A DNA stretch of 44,830 nt from positions 1 to 44,830 of the forward strand of contig CAIMLU010000004.1 in the NCBI GenBank assembly GCA_903842365.1. The letters run 5' to 3'. Below the pieces are notes generated by a model that saw only the letters and a list, made by a program, of their open reading frames with translations, had not been told where the DNA came from and made no database searches. The position numbers and the translations under genes are program-made. Source of the DNA: an uncultured bacterium (GTDB lineage: Bacteria > Patescibacteriota > Minisyncoccia > Phycocordibacterales > UBA6065). Shown in pieces: positions 19,771 to 29,030 of the stretch (the stretch's first letter is position 1; each line of letters starts with the position of its first letter).

Positions 19771-20421
19771 ATGCCAACACCACCATCAAAAACAACCCAA
19801 GACTTCGTACCCATCAAAGAAATACGCCAAGGTGTGGCCGTTTTAAAAGATGGATCACTTCGTGGCATTGTCATGTGTTCTTCAATCAACTTCGCTCTCA
19901 AGTCATTTGAGGAACAACAATCAATACTCAACCAATTTCAAAGTTTCCTAAATGGACTCGATTTTTCAATCCAAATTTTTATTCAGTCACGAAAACTCGA
20001 CATACGACCATACATCGCCCTCCTCGAAGGTCGTCTCAAAGAGCAGGTGAGTGAGCTTCTTAAAATCCAAACGCGAGAATATATAAAATTTATCAAAGAT
20101 TTTTCCGAGAAGCAGAACATTATGACAAAAACGTTCTTTGTTGTTGTGCCTTATTCACCAACAATAGTGAGCGGCTCATCAAACCCACTCTCAAGTTTTT
20201 TGGGTGGAAACAACACTTCAACGGCAACCAATGCCACAGACAAAAAAATTGAAATCTTTGAGGAACATCGAAGTCAGCTTGAGCAACGTATGGGAATGAT
20301 TGAACAGGGATTGGCGGGATGTGGAGTGCGCACCGCAGAGTTAGGGACTGAAGAAATTGTCGAACTATTTTATAAGATATTCAACCCTGGGGATACGGAA
20401 AAACCTATTCCTTTAAACTAA
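19771..20421 (+). CDS. TraC/VirB4 N-terminal-like protein of the T4SS locus
   Basis: TQDFVPIKEIRQG...SINFALKS.EEQ...QFQSFLNGLDFSIQIFIQSRKLDI; lies between PrgI and the VirB4 ATPase. Confidence 0.7.
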   Translation: MPTPPSKTTQDFVPIKEIRQGVAVLKDGSLRGIVMCSSINFALKSFEEQQSILNQFQSFLNGLDFSIQIFIQSRKLDIRPYIALLEGRLKEQVSELLKIQTREYIKFIKDFSEKQNIMTKTFFVVVPYSPTIVSGSSNPLSSFLGGNNTSTATNATDKKIEIFEEHRSQLEQRMGMIEQGLAGCGVRTAELGTEEIVELFYKIFNPGDTEKPIPLN

Positions 20422-20428
20422 AAACCAC

Positions 20429-22246
20429 ATGGGAATATTTGATTCATTGTTTGGTAAAAAGAATGGCGTACAAAACGTATCCATTGCACCAATTCTTCCT
20501 CAGGAAATATATGAAGCAGGCATCCTTGAACTCAAAGATGTTATTGCACCATCCGCACTCAAAGTCTCACCGCGTGAGCTCAACCTCGGCGACAAGATTT
20601 GTCGTAGTTTTTTCGTTATATCATACCCACGATTTCTCACCGAGAGCTGGTTTGCACCAATCATAAACATTGATAAGGTTTTTAACATATCGATTTACAT
20701 ACACCCAATCGACACAGCAACCGTACTTCGCCAATTTCAAAAAAAAGTTGCAGAGGTTCAAAGCCAGATAGTCGAGCGTGAGAGGAAGGGTCTTGTACGT
20801 GACCCAATGCTCGACACCGCATATCAGGACCTTGAAGGACTTCGTGATCAACTCCAACAAGCACAGGAGAAACTCTTTGAAGTGGGTCTCTATATCACTA
20901 TTTACGCAGAAAAAGAAACAGAGCTCGACAAGATTGAGTCTGAAATCAAATCAATCCTCGAGTCAAAAATGGTATATATTAAACCAGCTCTTTTCCAACA
21001 AGAACAAGGTTTTAAATCAAATATTCCAACAGCATCAGATGAACTCTTGGTCCATTCCAAACTCAATTCAGCGCCACTTTCATCGCTCTTCCCATTTGTC
21101 TCATTTGACCTCACTTCAGACAAGGGGATCCTCTACGGTGTAAATAGACATAATGCATCGCTTGTACTCTTTGATAGGTTTTCACTTGAAAACTATAATT
21201 CGATTACATTTGCAAAATCAGGTTCTGGAAAATCTTACTGTACCAAACTCGAGATCCTTCGAACACTCATGTTTGATACTGAAATTATTATCATTGACCC
21301 TGAAAGGGAATATGAATTCCTTGCGGAATCAGTTGGTGGCAAATACTTCAACATCTCACTCAACTCTGAACACCATATTAATCCATTTGATCTTCCACCT
21401 ATCCAAGAGGATGAATCACCTGCGGATGTGCTTCGTAGCAACATCATTAACCTTGTGGGAATGTTCCGAATAATGATGGGAGGACTCACCTCAGAAGAAG
21501 ACGCGATTGTCGATCGCGCGATCACAGAAACATATGCGCTTAAAGACATTACTCCTGATTCAGATTTTTCAGGTATAGACGCACCACTCCTCTCTGATTT
21601 CGAACTTGTACTTGCGGGAATGGAGGGAGGTGAATCGCTTGCTCAAAAACTTACAAAGTTTACAAAGGGAACATGGGCTGGTTTTATCAACAGACCAACA
21701 AACGTTGATATTAACAGCAAACTTGTGGTCTTCTCACTCCGCGACATGGAAGAAGAAATTAAGCCCGTTGCGATGTATATCGTGACTCACCACATCTGGA
21801 CCGTAGTAAGGAAGAATAAACGAAAGCGCCTCCTTGTTATCGATGAAGCATGGCTCATGATGAAGTCTGATGACACAGCGTCATTCCTCCTCGGGCTCGT
21901 AAAACGTGGTCGTAAATATGGTTTAGGAATAGCAACTATCACCCAAGACGTTGACGACTTCCTAAAATCACAATACGGGCTACCGATTATTACGAACTCA
22001 TCGATGCAAATACTCCTCAAGCAGTCGCCAACATCCATCGATAAACTCCAGCAAATATTTCACCTAACCGACGAAGAGAAATACCTTCTCTTGGAATCAC
22101 AGATAGGTGAGGGAATCTTCTTTGTTGGACTCAAACACGTGGCAATTAAAATTATTGCGTCGTACACCGAAGATCAAATCATCACATCGGACCCATTCCA
22201 AATTCTCGCCATAAAAGAGGCACAGAGAGCGAAAATAGGGCAGTAA
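20429..22246 (+). CDS. VirB4-like conjugal-transfer ATPase
   Basis: Walker A AKSGSGKS, IIIDPEREY, INPFDL, Walker B LLVIDEAW, KRGRKY, TITQDV. Confidence 0.9.
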   Translation: MGIFDSLFGKKNGVQNVSIAPILPQEIYEAGILELKDVIAPSALKVSPRELNLGDKICRSFFVISYPRFLTESWFAPIINIDKVFNISIYIHPIDTATVLRQFQKKVAEVQSQIVERERKGLVRDPMLDTAYQDLEGLRDQLQQAQEKLFEVGLYITIYAEKETELDKIESEIKSILESKMVYIKPALFQQEQGFKSNIPTASDELLVHSKLNSAPLSSLFPFVSFDLTSDKGILYGVNRHNASLVLFDRFSLENYNSITFAKSGSGKSYCTKLEILRTLMFDTEIIIIDPEREYEFLAESVGGKYFNISLNSEHHINPFDLPPIQEDESPADVLRSNIINLVGMFRIMMGGLTSEEDAIVDRAITETYALKDITPDSDFSGIDAPLLSDFELVLAGMEGGESLAQKLTKFTKGTWAGFINRPTNVDINSKLVVFSLRDMEEEIKPVAMYIVTHHIWTVVRKNKRKRLLVIDEAWLMMKSDDTASFLLGLVKRGRKYGLGIATITQDVDDFLKSQYGLPIITNSSMQILLKQSPTSIDKLQQIFHLTDEEKYLLLESQIGEGIFFVGLKHVAIKIIASYTEDQIITSDPFQILAIKEAQRAKIGQ

Positions 22247-22290
22247 ATAACAAAAGAATCCCCAAAATCGGGGATTCTTTTGTTATTTAC
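22243..22290 (+). terminator. terminator (perfect 21-bp inverted repeat)
   Basis: GTAAATAACAAAAGAATCCCC-AAAATC-GGGGATTCTTTTGTTATTTAC. Confidence 0.85.
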
Positions 22291-22322
22291 ACAACCAACC
22301 ACATGGTATACTTGTACGTATC

Positions 22323-23318
22323 ATGAATAGATTTTTCGCTGTTGTTGCTATTTTTTTGGTCAGCATTATTGCAACACCTTTTGTTGTACAAGCCCAAGCA
22401 ATAGGTTTCGATAACGAAGTCACAATCCTCACCATCCCCGAGTACCCAAAACCATTTGAGACAATGACGCTCAAGGCACGAAGTTTTTCAACCGATCTTG
22501 ATATTGCTCAATTTAATTGGATAGTGAACGGAAAAACCTATAAACAGGGTACTGGAGTCAAAGACATTAGCGTAACTATGGGTAAACCAGGAACCCTTAC
22601 TGTCGTAAGCGTGGTGATAAAAACAAAAAACGGACAGACAACAACTCAAACTTTTTCATTTCGACCAGCTGACGTAACACTCCTTTGGGAAGCAGACACA
22701 TACAAACCACCTTTTTACAGAGGACACACCACCGCCGCCTTTGGGAGCACATTCCGTATTACAGCTATCCCAGAATTTTTTGATAAAAAAGGTGTCCGGA
22801 TGAATCCAAAAGACCTTGTCTATACATGGAAAAAGAATTACGAGATTGTTGGTGAAGCATCAGGGTATGGAAAGGATAGTTTTATCACAACGAAAACTGG
22901 ATACCTCGACGAGGACGAAAACATATCCGTGGAAGTTTCTTCTCCACGTGAATCGGTTATAGGTAGTACTCACGTTACCATATCACCTACAACCCCAAAA
23001 GTTCTTTTCTACGAAAATAACCCTGCCCTTGGTGTACTTTTTAATAAGGAATTAGGGGGTAGTGTCAACACAGATGCGAGCAGTATTGACCTATTCACGG
23101 CACCATTCGGTATGTCACAATCTAATAGGAACAACCCTATAAACATAGATTGGTCATCTGGAAACACATCTCTCACCGACTTTTTAAGTAAACGATTTAT
23201 CACCATAGACAACAGACTCAACTTAGTACCACTCTCAGTTCAATTCCAAAGCACTAAAAAATTACTCCAAAGTGCCACTGGACAAATTGTTGTTTCATTC
23301 ACAAAATCAAATGAGTAA
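22323..23318 (+). CDS. secreted beta-rich (Ig/PKD-like repeat) protein
   Basis: signal peptide ending AQA; repeated W-containing strands (FNWIVNG, YTWKKN, IDWSSG); TGgTATACT promoter at 22304. Confidence 0.75.
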   Translation: MNRFFAVVAIFLVSIIATPFVVQAQAIGFDNEVTILTIPEYPKPFETMTLKARSFSTDLDIAQFNWIVNGKTYKQGTGVKDISVTMGKPGTLTVVSVVIKTKNGQTTTQTFSFRPADVTLLWEADTYKPPFYRGHTTAAFGSTFRITAIPEFFDKKGVRMNPKDLVYTWKKNYEIVGEASGYGKDSFITTKTGYLDEDENISVEVSSPRESVIGSTHVTISPTTPKVLFYENNPALGVLFNKELGGSVNTDASSIDLFTAPFGMSQSNRNNPINIDWSSGNTSLTDFLSKRFITIDNRLNLVPLSVQFQSTKKLLQSATGQIVVSFTKSNE

Positions 23319-24792
23319 CATAAAAAAAATACTTTTCATCGTCCTTTTATTTGTGTTAATTGGATCAACACCGGTCTACGCAGAAACAACAAGGAATTCA
23401 ATGCGGATGGTTTTTGATGCGGTTTTTGCTACTGGGCCAATTAAATATGAACCAATCACCAATATTCCCGGTGTTACCGATGTGCACCAAAACGGACAAC
23501 CTGCCAACCAAAATCCTGCTGAAATTTTCACTAGTTTATATAAATTTGCAATCGGAATAGCCACTATACTTGCTGTTATTATGATTATGTGGGGAGGTTT
23601 TGAATACATGACAACAGAAGCCTTTACCGGTAAAAACAGTGCAAAAGATCGTATAACATACTCCTTTGTTGGTCTCATCCTTTTGTTAGGATCATACATA
23701 ATACTCAACACCATCAATAGAAACCTACTCACATTTAAAATTACCTTTCCAACGGCAGGAGAAACTGGGATGAACACTGCTGTTACAGCATCACAAGACG
23801 CTCTCAATAAATTTGAAGAAGATAGGGAGACTGCATTGAACACACTTGCAAAGGTAAATGGAGCAAAACGCCTCCTTGAAGAAACAGAAAAAGATTTAAG
23901 TGACGTCAATGCCCAAATGGCACCGCTTGAGGAACGAATAAAAATGGGTAAAGAACTCTCCAAAACCGAAACAGAACTACTAGAAAACCTCACAACACGA
24001 AAAGAAGAGCTTTTAAAACAACAGACAGAGGATCAATCTTTGTATGCCCAAAATACAGAGGGATTAAAAAAACAACTAGACAATCAGTTTACTACAGCTC
24101 TAGATAGAGGATTAACTGATTCAGCTAAAAACATCATGGCAATTCAAAAAAACCAAACAGTGGTGCTTGAAGAATACATAACTCGCGTAAAACCAGCACT
24201 CCAAAGTCAAAAAACTCAACTTGAGGCAAAAATAGCTCAAGTGGGAGAAAGTAATCCAGAGGCACAAGGGTTAAAAAACCAACTAGCCGTCGTCAACGAA
24301 AAACTTGCAGCTGTTACAAAAAATGAGGATGTGATCAGCTCACAAAAACTTGATGCCTACAAACAAGAAGCGGAGGTTGCAATACTAGAGACAAAAAACG
24401 TACAGTGGTGGCAATCAATCAAAAACACTGTCTATGACGCGGAACAAAGTAAGGAAAGGATAAACGAAAATACAACCTATAAAGCCCTCGAAACACCATA
24501 TCCAGCAGACTTCAAAAATACAGTAAATGAAAAACTAGAGGACGCCCTTACTGATTTTAATGAGAAAAGAATAAACGATAAAATAAAAAATGCAGAAGGG
24601 AAGTATAAAGTTTCTTTAAATTCACCTGAGTTTAAAGAAGTGCGTGGCAAAATAATTGAAGGATCAAGGGCCGCTTTTACGAAAGTGCAGTTGACTATCG
24701 AAAACCGAAAAGATGTTAAAATACAAGAAGATAACAGTATTTTACAAGCAACTATGGTTGAAAACCCTGATGGCACTGTAGACATAAAATAG
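23311..24792 (+). CDS. VirB2/TrbC-like pilin domain fused to a long coiled coil
   Basis: signal ending VYA; LYKFAIGIATILAVIMIMWGGFEYMT...AKDRI...GLILLLGSYIILNTIN two-helix pilin pattern; start set to ATG 23311. Confidence 0.75.
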   Translation: MSNIKKILFIVLLFVLIGSTPVYAETTRNSMRMVFDAVFATGPIKYEPITNIPGVTDVHQNGQPANQNPAEIFTSLYKFAIGIATILAVIMIMWGGFEYMTTEAFTGKNSAKDRITYSFVGLILLLGSYIILNTINRNLLTFKITFPTAGETGMNTAVTASQDALNKFEEDRETALNTLAKVNGAKRLLEETEKDLSDVNAQMAPLEERIKMGKELSKTETELLENLTTRKEELLKQQTEDQSLYAQNTEGLKKQLDNQFTTALDRGLTDSAKNIMAIQKNQTVVLEEYITRVKPALQSQKTQLEAKIAQVGESNPEAQGLKNQLAVVNEKLAAVTKNEDVISSQKLDAYKQEAEVAILETKNVQWWQSIKNTVYDAEQSKERINENTTYKALETPYPADFKNTVNEKLEDALTDFNEKRINDKIKNAEGKYKVSLNSPEFKEVRGKIIEGSRAAFTKVQLTIENRKDVKIQEDNSILQATMVENPDGTVDIK

Positions 24793-24799
24793 AAAAGGT

Positions 24800-26020
24800 A
24801 TGAAAAAAATTCTCATTGGTATAAGCATTTTGTTGTGCGTCGGTATGGTGATATGGTTTTTCTTCTTTCAAGGTAATGTTGAACAAAACAATACCCCCAC
24901 AAAGAGTGATACCTCTAGTAGCATATTCCCTTTTGGGGAAGGAAACATTGTAAAAACAAAGCCTCAAAAACCAAAAACATCTGATATTAGTGAAGTAAAT
25001 AAGACACCTGATCAGGAATACCTTCCAATACTCAGAAAAATTTGGGATAAACCAGTCGCTGGTGGTGTTATTTTTGACGACGGAAAGTCTACTAAAATCA
25101 GATTCGTTGAACGCTCAACGGGCCATATTTATGAGACGGAGAAGTACTTACCAAAAACAACACGTCTCTCGAATACAACCATACCTCGTGTTGGGGAGGC
25201 ATTGTGGCAAAACGATGGATCAAAAGTTCTCTTGCGTTATTTACGTGACGACAACGAAACGATTCGAACCTTTTCTGGAATTGTGCCAACCACGACAAAT
25301 AGCACGATAGATGGTGTTTTTCTAGCGGACAATATTCAATCACCAGCACTTTTCAAAGACAAGATTGCCTACATAACAACCTCGGTTGATGGGGCAACTG
25401 TTATAACGGCGAACATGGATGGGACTAAAAAAACAGCCATCTTTACCTCACCCTCAAACGAATGGGAGATTTCATGGACTAATCCAAACTCATTAGCCTT
25501 ATGGAGTTCACCAAGCATTGTTTCACCTGGGGCTTTATATTCTCTTAACACAACGAAAGGAACGTATAACCGTGTGGCCTCTGAGGTATATGGAGGTGAG
25601 GGTAAGCTAAACAAAAATGGTAGTTTAATGCTCATTACAGGATCAAAAAACAGTGGATTAGGTACAGCGGTATTCGATGTAAAGAGTGGTGATAAAAAAG
25701 TTTTGGATATAGGAACCGTGGTTGATAAGTGTACATGGAGCCCAATCGCCACATCAACCGTATACTGTGCAGTTCCAGATACATTAACACAAGGCAATTA
25801 CCCAGACGATTGGTATCAAGGACTTATATCAACAGGGGACAGTGTGTGGCGAATTGATACAATAACAGGCTCAAAGGAAAGAATCTTTAGCCCAACAAAA
25901 ACTGAACTTGAAGATCCAATTGATGTAACACATCTTACTATAAACAACAAAGGTGATACGTTGTTGTTTATGAACAAAAAGGACCAGACGCTGTGGTCCT
26001 ACGACATATACGCATTTTAA
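24800..26020 (+). CDS. membrane-anchored beta-propeller-like hypothetical protein
   Basis: N-terminal TM, linker, beta-strand repeats; KCTWS...VYCAVP...PDDWYQG. Confidence 0.7.
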   Translation: MKKILIGISILLCVGMVIWFFFFQGNVEQNNTPTKSDTSSSIFPFGEGNIVKTKPQKPKTSDISEVNKTPDQEYLPILRKIWDKPVAGGVIFDDGKSTKIRFVERSTGHIYETEKYLPKTTRLSNTTIPRVGEALWQNDGSKVLLRYLRDDNETIRTFSGIVPTTTNSTIDGVFLADNIQSPALFKDKIAYITTSVDGATVITANMDGTKKTAIFTSPSNEWEISWTNPNSLALWSSPSIVSPGALYSLNTTKGTYNRVASEVYGGEGKLNKNGSLMLITGSKNSGLGTAVFDVKSGDKKVLDIGTVVDKCTWSPIATSTVYCAVPDTLTQGNYPDDWYQGLISTGDSVWRIDTITGSKERIFSPTKTELEDPIDVTHLTINNKGDTLLFMNKKDQTLWSYDIYAF

Positions 26021-26075
26021 ATCACAACAAAATACCCCTGGCACCAATTGGTGCCAGGGGTATTTTGTTGTGATT
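26020..26075. terminator. bidirectional terminator; perfect 56-bp spacerless palindrome
   Basis: AATCACAACAAAATACCCCTGGCACCAA|TTGGTGCCAGGGGTATTTTGTTGTGATT. Confidence 0.85.
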
Positions 26076-26079
26076 ACCC

Positions 26080-26808
26080 TTAAGCTTTCTTCAAACCTTC
26101 TTTTTCCAACTGCTTTCTAACAACATATTCCTGACCAATCATAAACACATTGCTCGTGATAAAGTATATAGCAACAGCGGCGGTGGCATTGTATGCAATA
26201 AAAAGCATCATAATAGGAAAAACGTACTTCATTTGAAACTGAAGCATGGCATTCATATCACCCATAACAGATGCCCCCATTTTCTCCTTCTTTTGTGCTT
26301 TCGGCATAACCATAACACTTTGAATGTACTGTGTAACAGCCGTCACAACAGCAAGAGGGATGTTTTTAGACGTTATATCAACAAGGCCAAGGAAAGACGT
26401 TTTAATGACCTCTGGAACATGTATGAAAGAGTAAAGGATACTTGTATTGATTTCTGTTAAACCATGTGAGGAAAAAATCTGATACAGAGCCAAGAGGATT
26501 GGAATTTGTATAAACAAAACAACAATTCCGGCGAACGGGTTAATTCCTTTTGTTTTATAGAGAGCCATTGTTTGTCGTGCCTGCTCTTCTTTGTTGTCTT
26601 TATGCTTTTCTTTAATAGCATTGAGCTCTGGCTCTACTGTTTTCATTAAAATCTGCGTGCGGGCTGATTTTTTAGAAAGGGGAAACAAAACAACCTTTAC
26701 AAATATAGTAAAAACAATAATCACCATACCTGCATCAAGGAAGGAAAATTTACCGAGCAAAAACACCAAAGCATTGTAGAGCGGGTTGAATATAATGGTA
26801 CTGAACAT
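26080..26808 (-). CDS. yidC: membrane protein insertase YidC
   Basis: IIVFTIFVKVVLFPL, PELNAIKEK, GINPFAG, IQIPILLALY, AIYFITSN; start ATG 26808; synteny. Confidence 0.95.
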   Translation of the reverse strand: MFSTIIFNPLYNALVFLLGKFSFLDAGMVIIVFTIFVKVVLFPLSKKSARTQILMKTVEPELNAIKEKHKDNKEEQARQTMALYKTKGINPFAGIVVLFIQIPILLALYQIFSSHGLTEINTSILYSFIHVPEVIKTSFLGLVDITSKNIPLAVVTAVTQYIQSVMVMPKAQKKEKMGASVMGDMNAMLQFQMKYVFPIMMLFIAYNATAAVAIYFITSNVFMIGQEYVVRKQLEKEGLKKA

Positions 26809-26818
26809 GGTGTGTATA

Positions 26819-27172
26819 TTATATGATATTTGTTTTTTTAGACAGTGAACCGCTCTTTTCCAGAAGACCCGTAACATCTGGTGTTATGGAACAAATAGAA
26901 ACACCTTTGTTTATCTTAAAAACAAAGCAGTATAGGCCTGGATTTATAGAGTATGTCTTTTGAATTTGCTCAACAACAGCATACCCAACCCTCCTTAAAC
27001 GATGCCTTAATACAGATGTTGGTGCTACTTTTTTTGAAGTAGAAAAAGAGAACCTTGGAACAAGGCCCTCTTTTTTGTATGCAAGCATCGTATAAGTACC
27101 CGATACTTTTTTACCGCTCGAAAAAACCATATTAACGAGCGCAGTATTCATGCGCGCAGATGTGCGCAACAT
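26819..27172 (-). CDS. rnpA: ribonuclease P protein component (divergent)
   Basis: RFSFSTSKKV...VLRHRLRR (RNR motif variant); lies between rpmH and yidC. Confidence 0.8.
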   Translation of the reverse strand: MLRTSARMNTALVNMVFSSGKKVSGTYTMLAYKKEGLVPRFSFSTSKKVAPTSVLRHRLRRVGYAVVEQIQKTYSINPGLYCFVFKINKGVSICSITPDVTGLLEKSGSLSKKTNII

Positions 27173-27186
27173 AGATAGGTGGTAAA

Positions 27187-27321
27187 TTATGCAGAAAGCT
27201 TCTTGCGGCCTTTGTGCATCCTACGCTTTATGGTGTTTTTACCATTTGTCGATGACATCCTCTTTAGGAAGCCGTGAGAGCGTGCGTGTTTACGAACCTT
27301 TGGTTTTGTTTTGATTGCCAT
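27187..27321 (-). CDS. rpmH: 50S ribosomal protein L34
   Basis: 44 aa, HGFLKRMSSTNG...RRMHKGRKKLS; divergent from dnaA. Confidence 0.92.
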   Translation of the reverse strand: MAIKTKPKVRKHARSHGFLKRMSSTNGKNTIKRRMHKGRKKLSA

Positions 27322-27474
27322 ATATAGTGTGAAAATGATTTCAAAGTATCGGTTGTATGTACAGCAAATGTCATAACCGATTGCTTGTAGACATATTATT
27401 AACACACTTAATGATTGTTCACAAGTTTTAAAAAAGGAACAAGACCGTATACTTCAGATAACCAAACAAACTCG

Positions 27475-28812
27475 ATGTCTGACCAAAAAAAACTCTGGGA
27501 TAGCGTCCTCGGAAGCGTAGAGCTTCAGGTGTCGAAAGCAAATTTCAATACATGGTTTAAAGATACCTATATTTTGAAAAACGATGACGGTATTATTTAT
27601 GTAGCAGTCCCAAACGCCTTTGTACGTGATTGGCTTTTTAACAAGTACCACAAATGTATCCTGAAGAGCCTGCGTGATTATGGTGGTGATATACGATCAG
27701 TTGAATACGTTATAACAAGGAGCGAACAGAAGAAAGAAACAGACCTACCTAAAAAACAAGAAGTGGGGGAGCTACCACTTCAGGAACCTATTATAAACAA
27801 GGACGACAACCTAAACCCACGATACGTGTTTGAATCTTTCGTTGTGGGACCATTTAACGAACTCGCTCACGCCGCCTCTCAAGCAGTTATAAAGAAACCA
27901 GGTATTGCATACAACCCACTCTTTATTTATGGGGATACAGGACGCGGAAAAACACACCTTATCCAGGCCGTTGGAAACCACCTTAAAAATCACTCAAACC
28001 AGAGGGTTATTTATATAACATCTGAAAAATTTGTCGTTGAGTATGTAAACGCCCTCCAATCAAACAAAATCAACCAATTTAAGGAAAAATACCGAAAATA
28101 CGATGTGTTTATTATGGATGATATTCAATTCCTATCAGGAAAAGAGAAGAGTCAAGAAGAGTTATTCCACCTATTCAACACTCTCTATGACAACAACAAA
28201 CAAATACTCTTTTCTTCAGATAGGCACCCAAACTATATAGACAACCTCGAAGCACGCCTTAAATCACGTTTTAGCGCAGGAATGACGGTTGATATATCAG
28301 CACCAGATCACGAATCCCGCATCGCAATTCTTAAAACGAAAATCAAGACAGTGGGAATCAACCTAACTGACGATGTTATTGATTTTATAGCAAGTAACGT
28401 TGATTCAAACATCAGGGAACTTGAAGGAACCTTCAACTCAATTGTTGTACAATCGCAATTAAAAGGAAGAACCCTTAATTTAATTGAAGTAAAAAACCTC
28501 ATAAAAGACTCATCTAAACCTAAAAAAGCACTCTCGGTAAAGGATGTGGTTAAAACAGTGAGTGGTTATTACAACATAGCAGAGGAGAGTATTTATGAAA
28601 AAACACGTAAAAAGGAGGTTGTTAAGCCGCGCCAAGTTATTATGTTTATTTTGAGGGAAAATTTAAGCATTTCATATCCATCAATAGGAGAAAAGCTGGG
28701 CGGAAGAGATCACACCACGGTCATTCACTCATGTGAAAAGATAAAAGGTGACATCAAGATTGACCAAAAACTTGCACAGGAAATTGAGCACATTAAATCC
28801 TTGTTGTTTTAA
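27475..28812 (+). CDS. dnaA: chromosomal replication initiator DnaA
   Basis: LNPRYVFESFVVG, YNPLFIYGDTGRGKTHL, DDIQFL, NIRELEG, GGRDHTTVIH. Confidence 0.98.
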   Translation: MSDQKKLWDSVLGSVELQVSKANFNTWFKDTYILKNDDGIIYVAVPNAFVRDWLFNKYHKCILKSLRDYGGDIRSVEYVITRSEQKKETDLPKKQEVGELPLQEPIINKDDNLNPRYVFESFVVGPFNELAHAASQAVIKKPGIAYNPLFIYGDTGRGKTHLIQAVGNHLKNHSNQRVIYITSEKFVVEYVNALQSNKINQFKEKYRKYDVFIMDDIQFLSGKEKSQEELFHLFNTLYDNNKQILFSSDRHPNYIDNLEARLKSRFSAGMTVDISAPDHESRIAILKTKIKTVGINLTDDVIDFIASNVDSNIRELEGTFNSIVVQSQLKGRTLNLIEVKNLIKDSSKPKKALSVKDVVKTVSGYYNIAEESIYEKTRKKEVVKPRQVIMFILRENLSISYPSIGEKLGGRDHTTVIHSCEKIKGDIKIDQKLAQEIEHIKSLLF

Positions 28813-29030
28813 GTGGATAACTATGTGGATAGTGTGTGGGTATACTGTAATAACCGTGTGGGTAAAAAGTTGAAAAAGAGCGCATGTGACGAGAAAGAAG
28901 AAAAAGATACACAAATAAAACAAAGTAATCAACAAAATCTTATAGTTTTTTTTCAGAAAAAAGGCTTCAACGTTGAATAAAAAAAGAAATCCACATATTC
29001 GACCTCTTAATAGGGAAGTAAGGGTTTATA
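28812..29030. other. probable oriC with degenerate DnaA boxes
   Basis: AGTGGATAA 28812, TGTGGATAG 28824, TGTGGGTAT 28835, TGTGGGTAA 28857; opposite-sense TAATCAACA 28926 and AAATCCACA 28987; AT-rich; visible switch from A/C-rich to G/T-rich plus strand. Confidence 0.8.

Noticed and set aside
12496-26020. Integrative conjugative element or prophage
   Set aside because: No integrase, relaxase, coupling protein, phage genes or flanking direct repeats were seen; composition resembles the neighbouring core genes.
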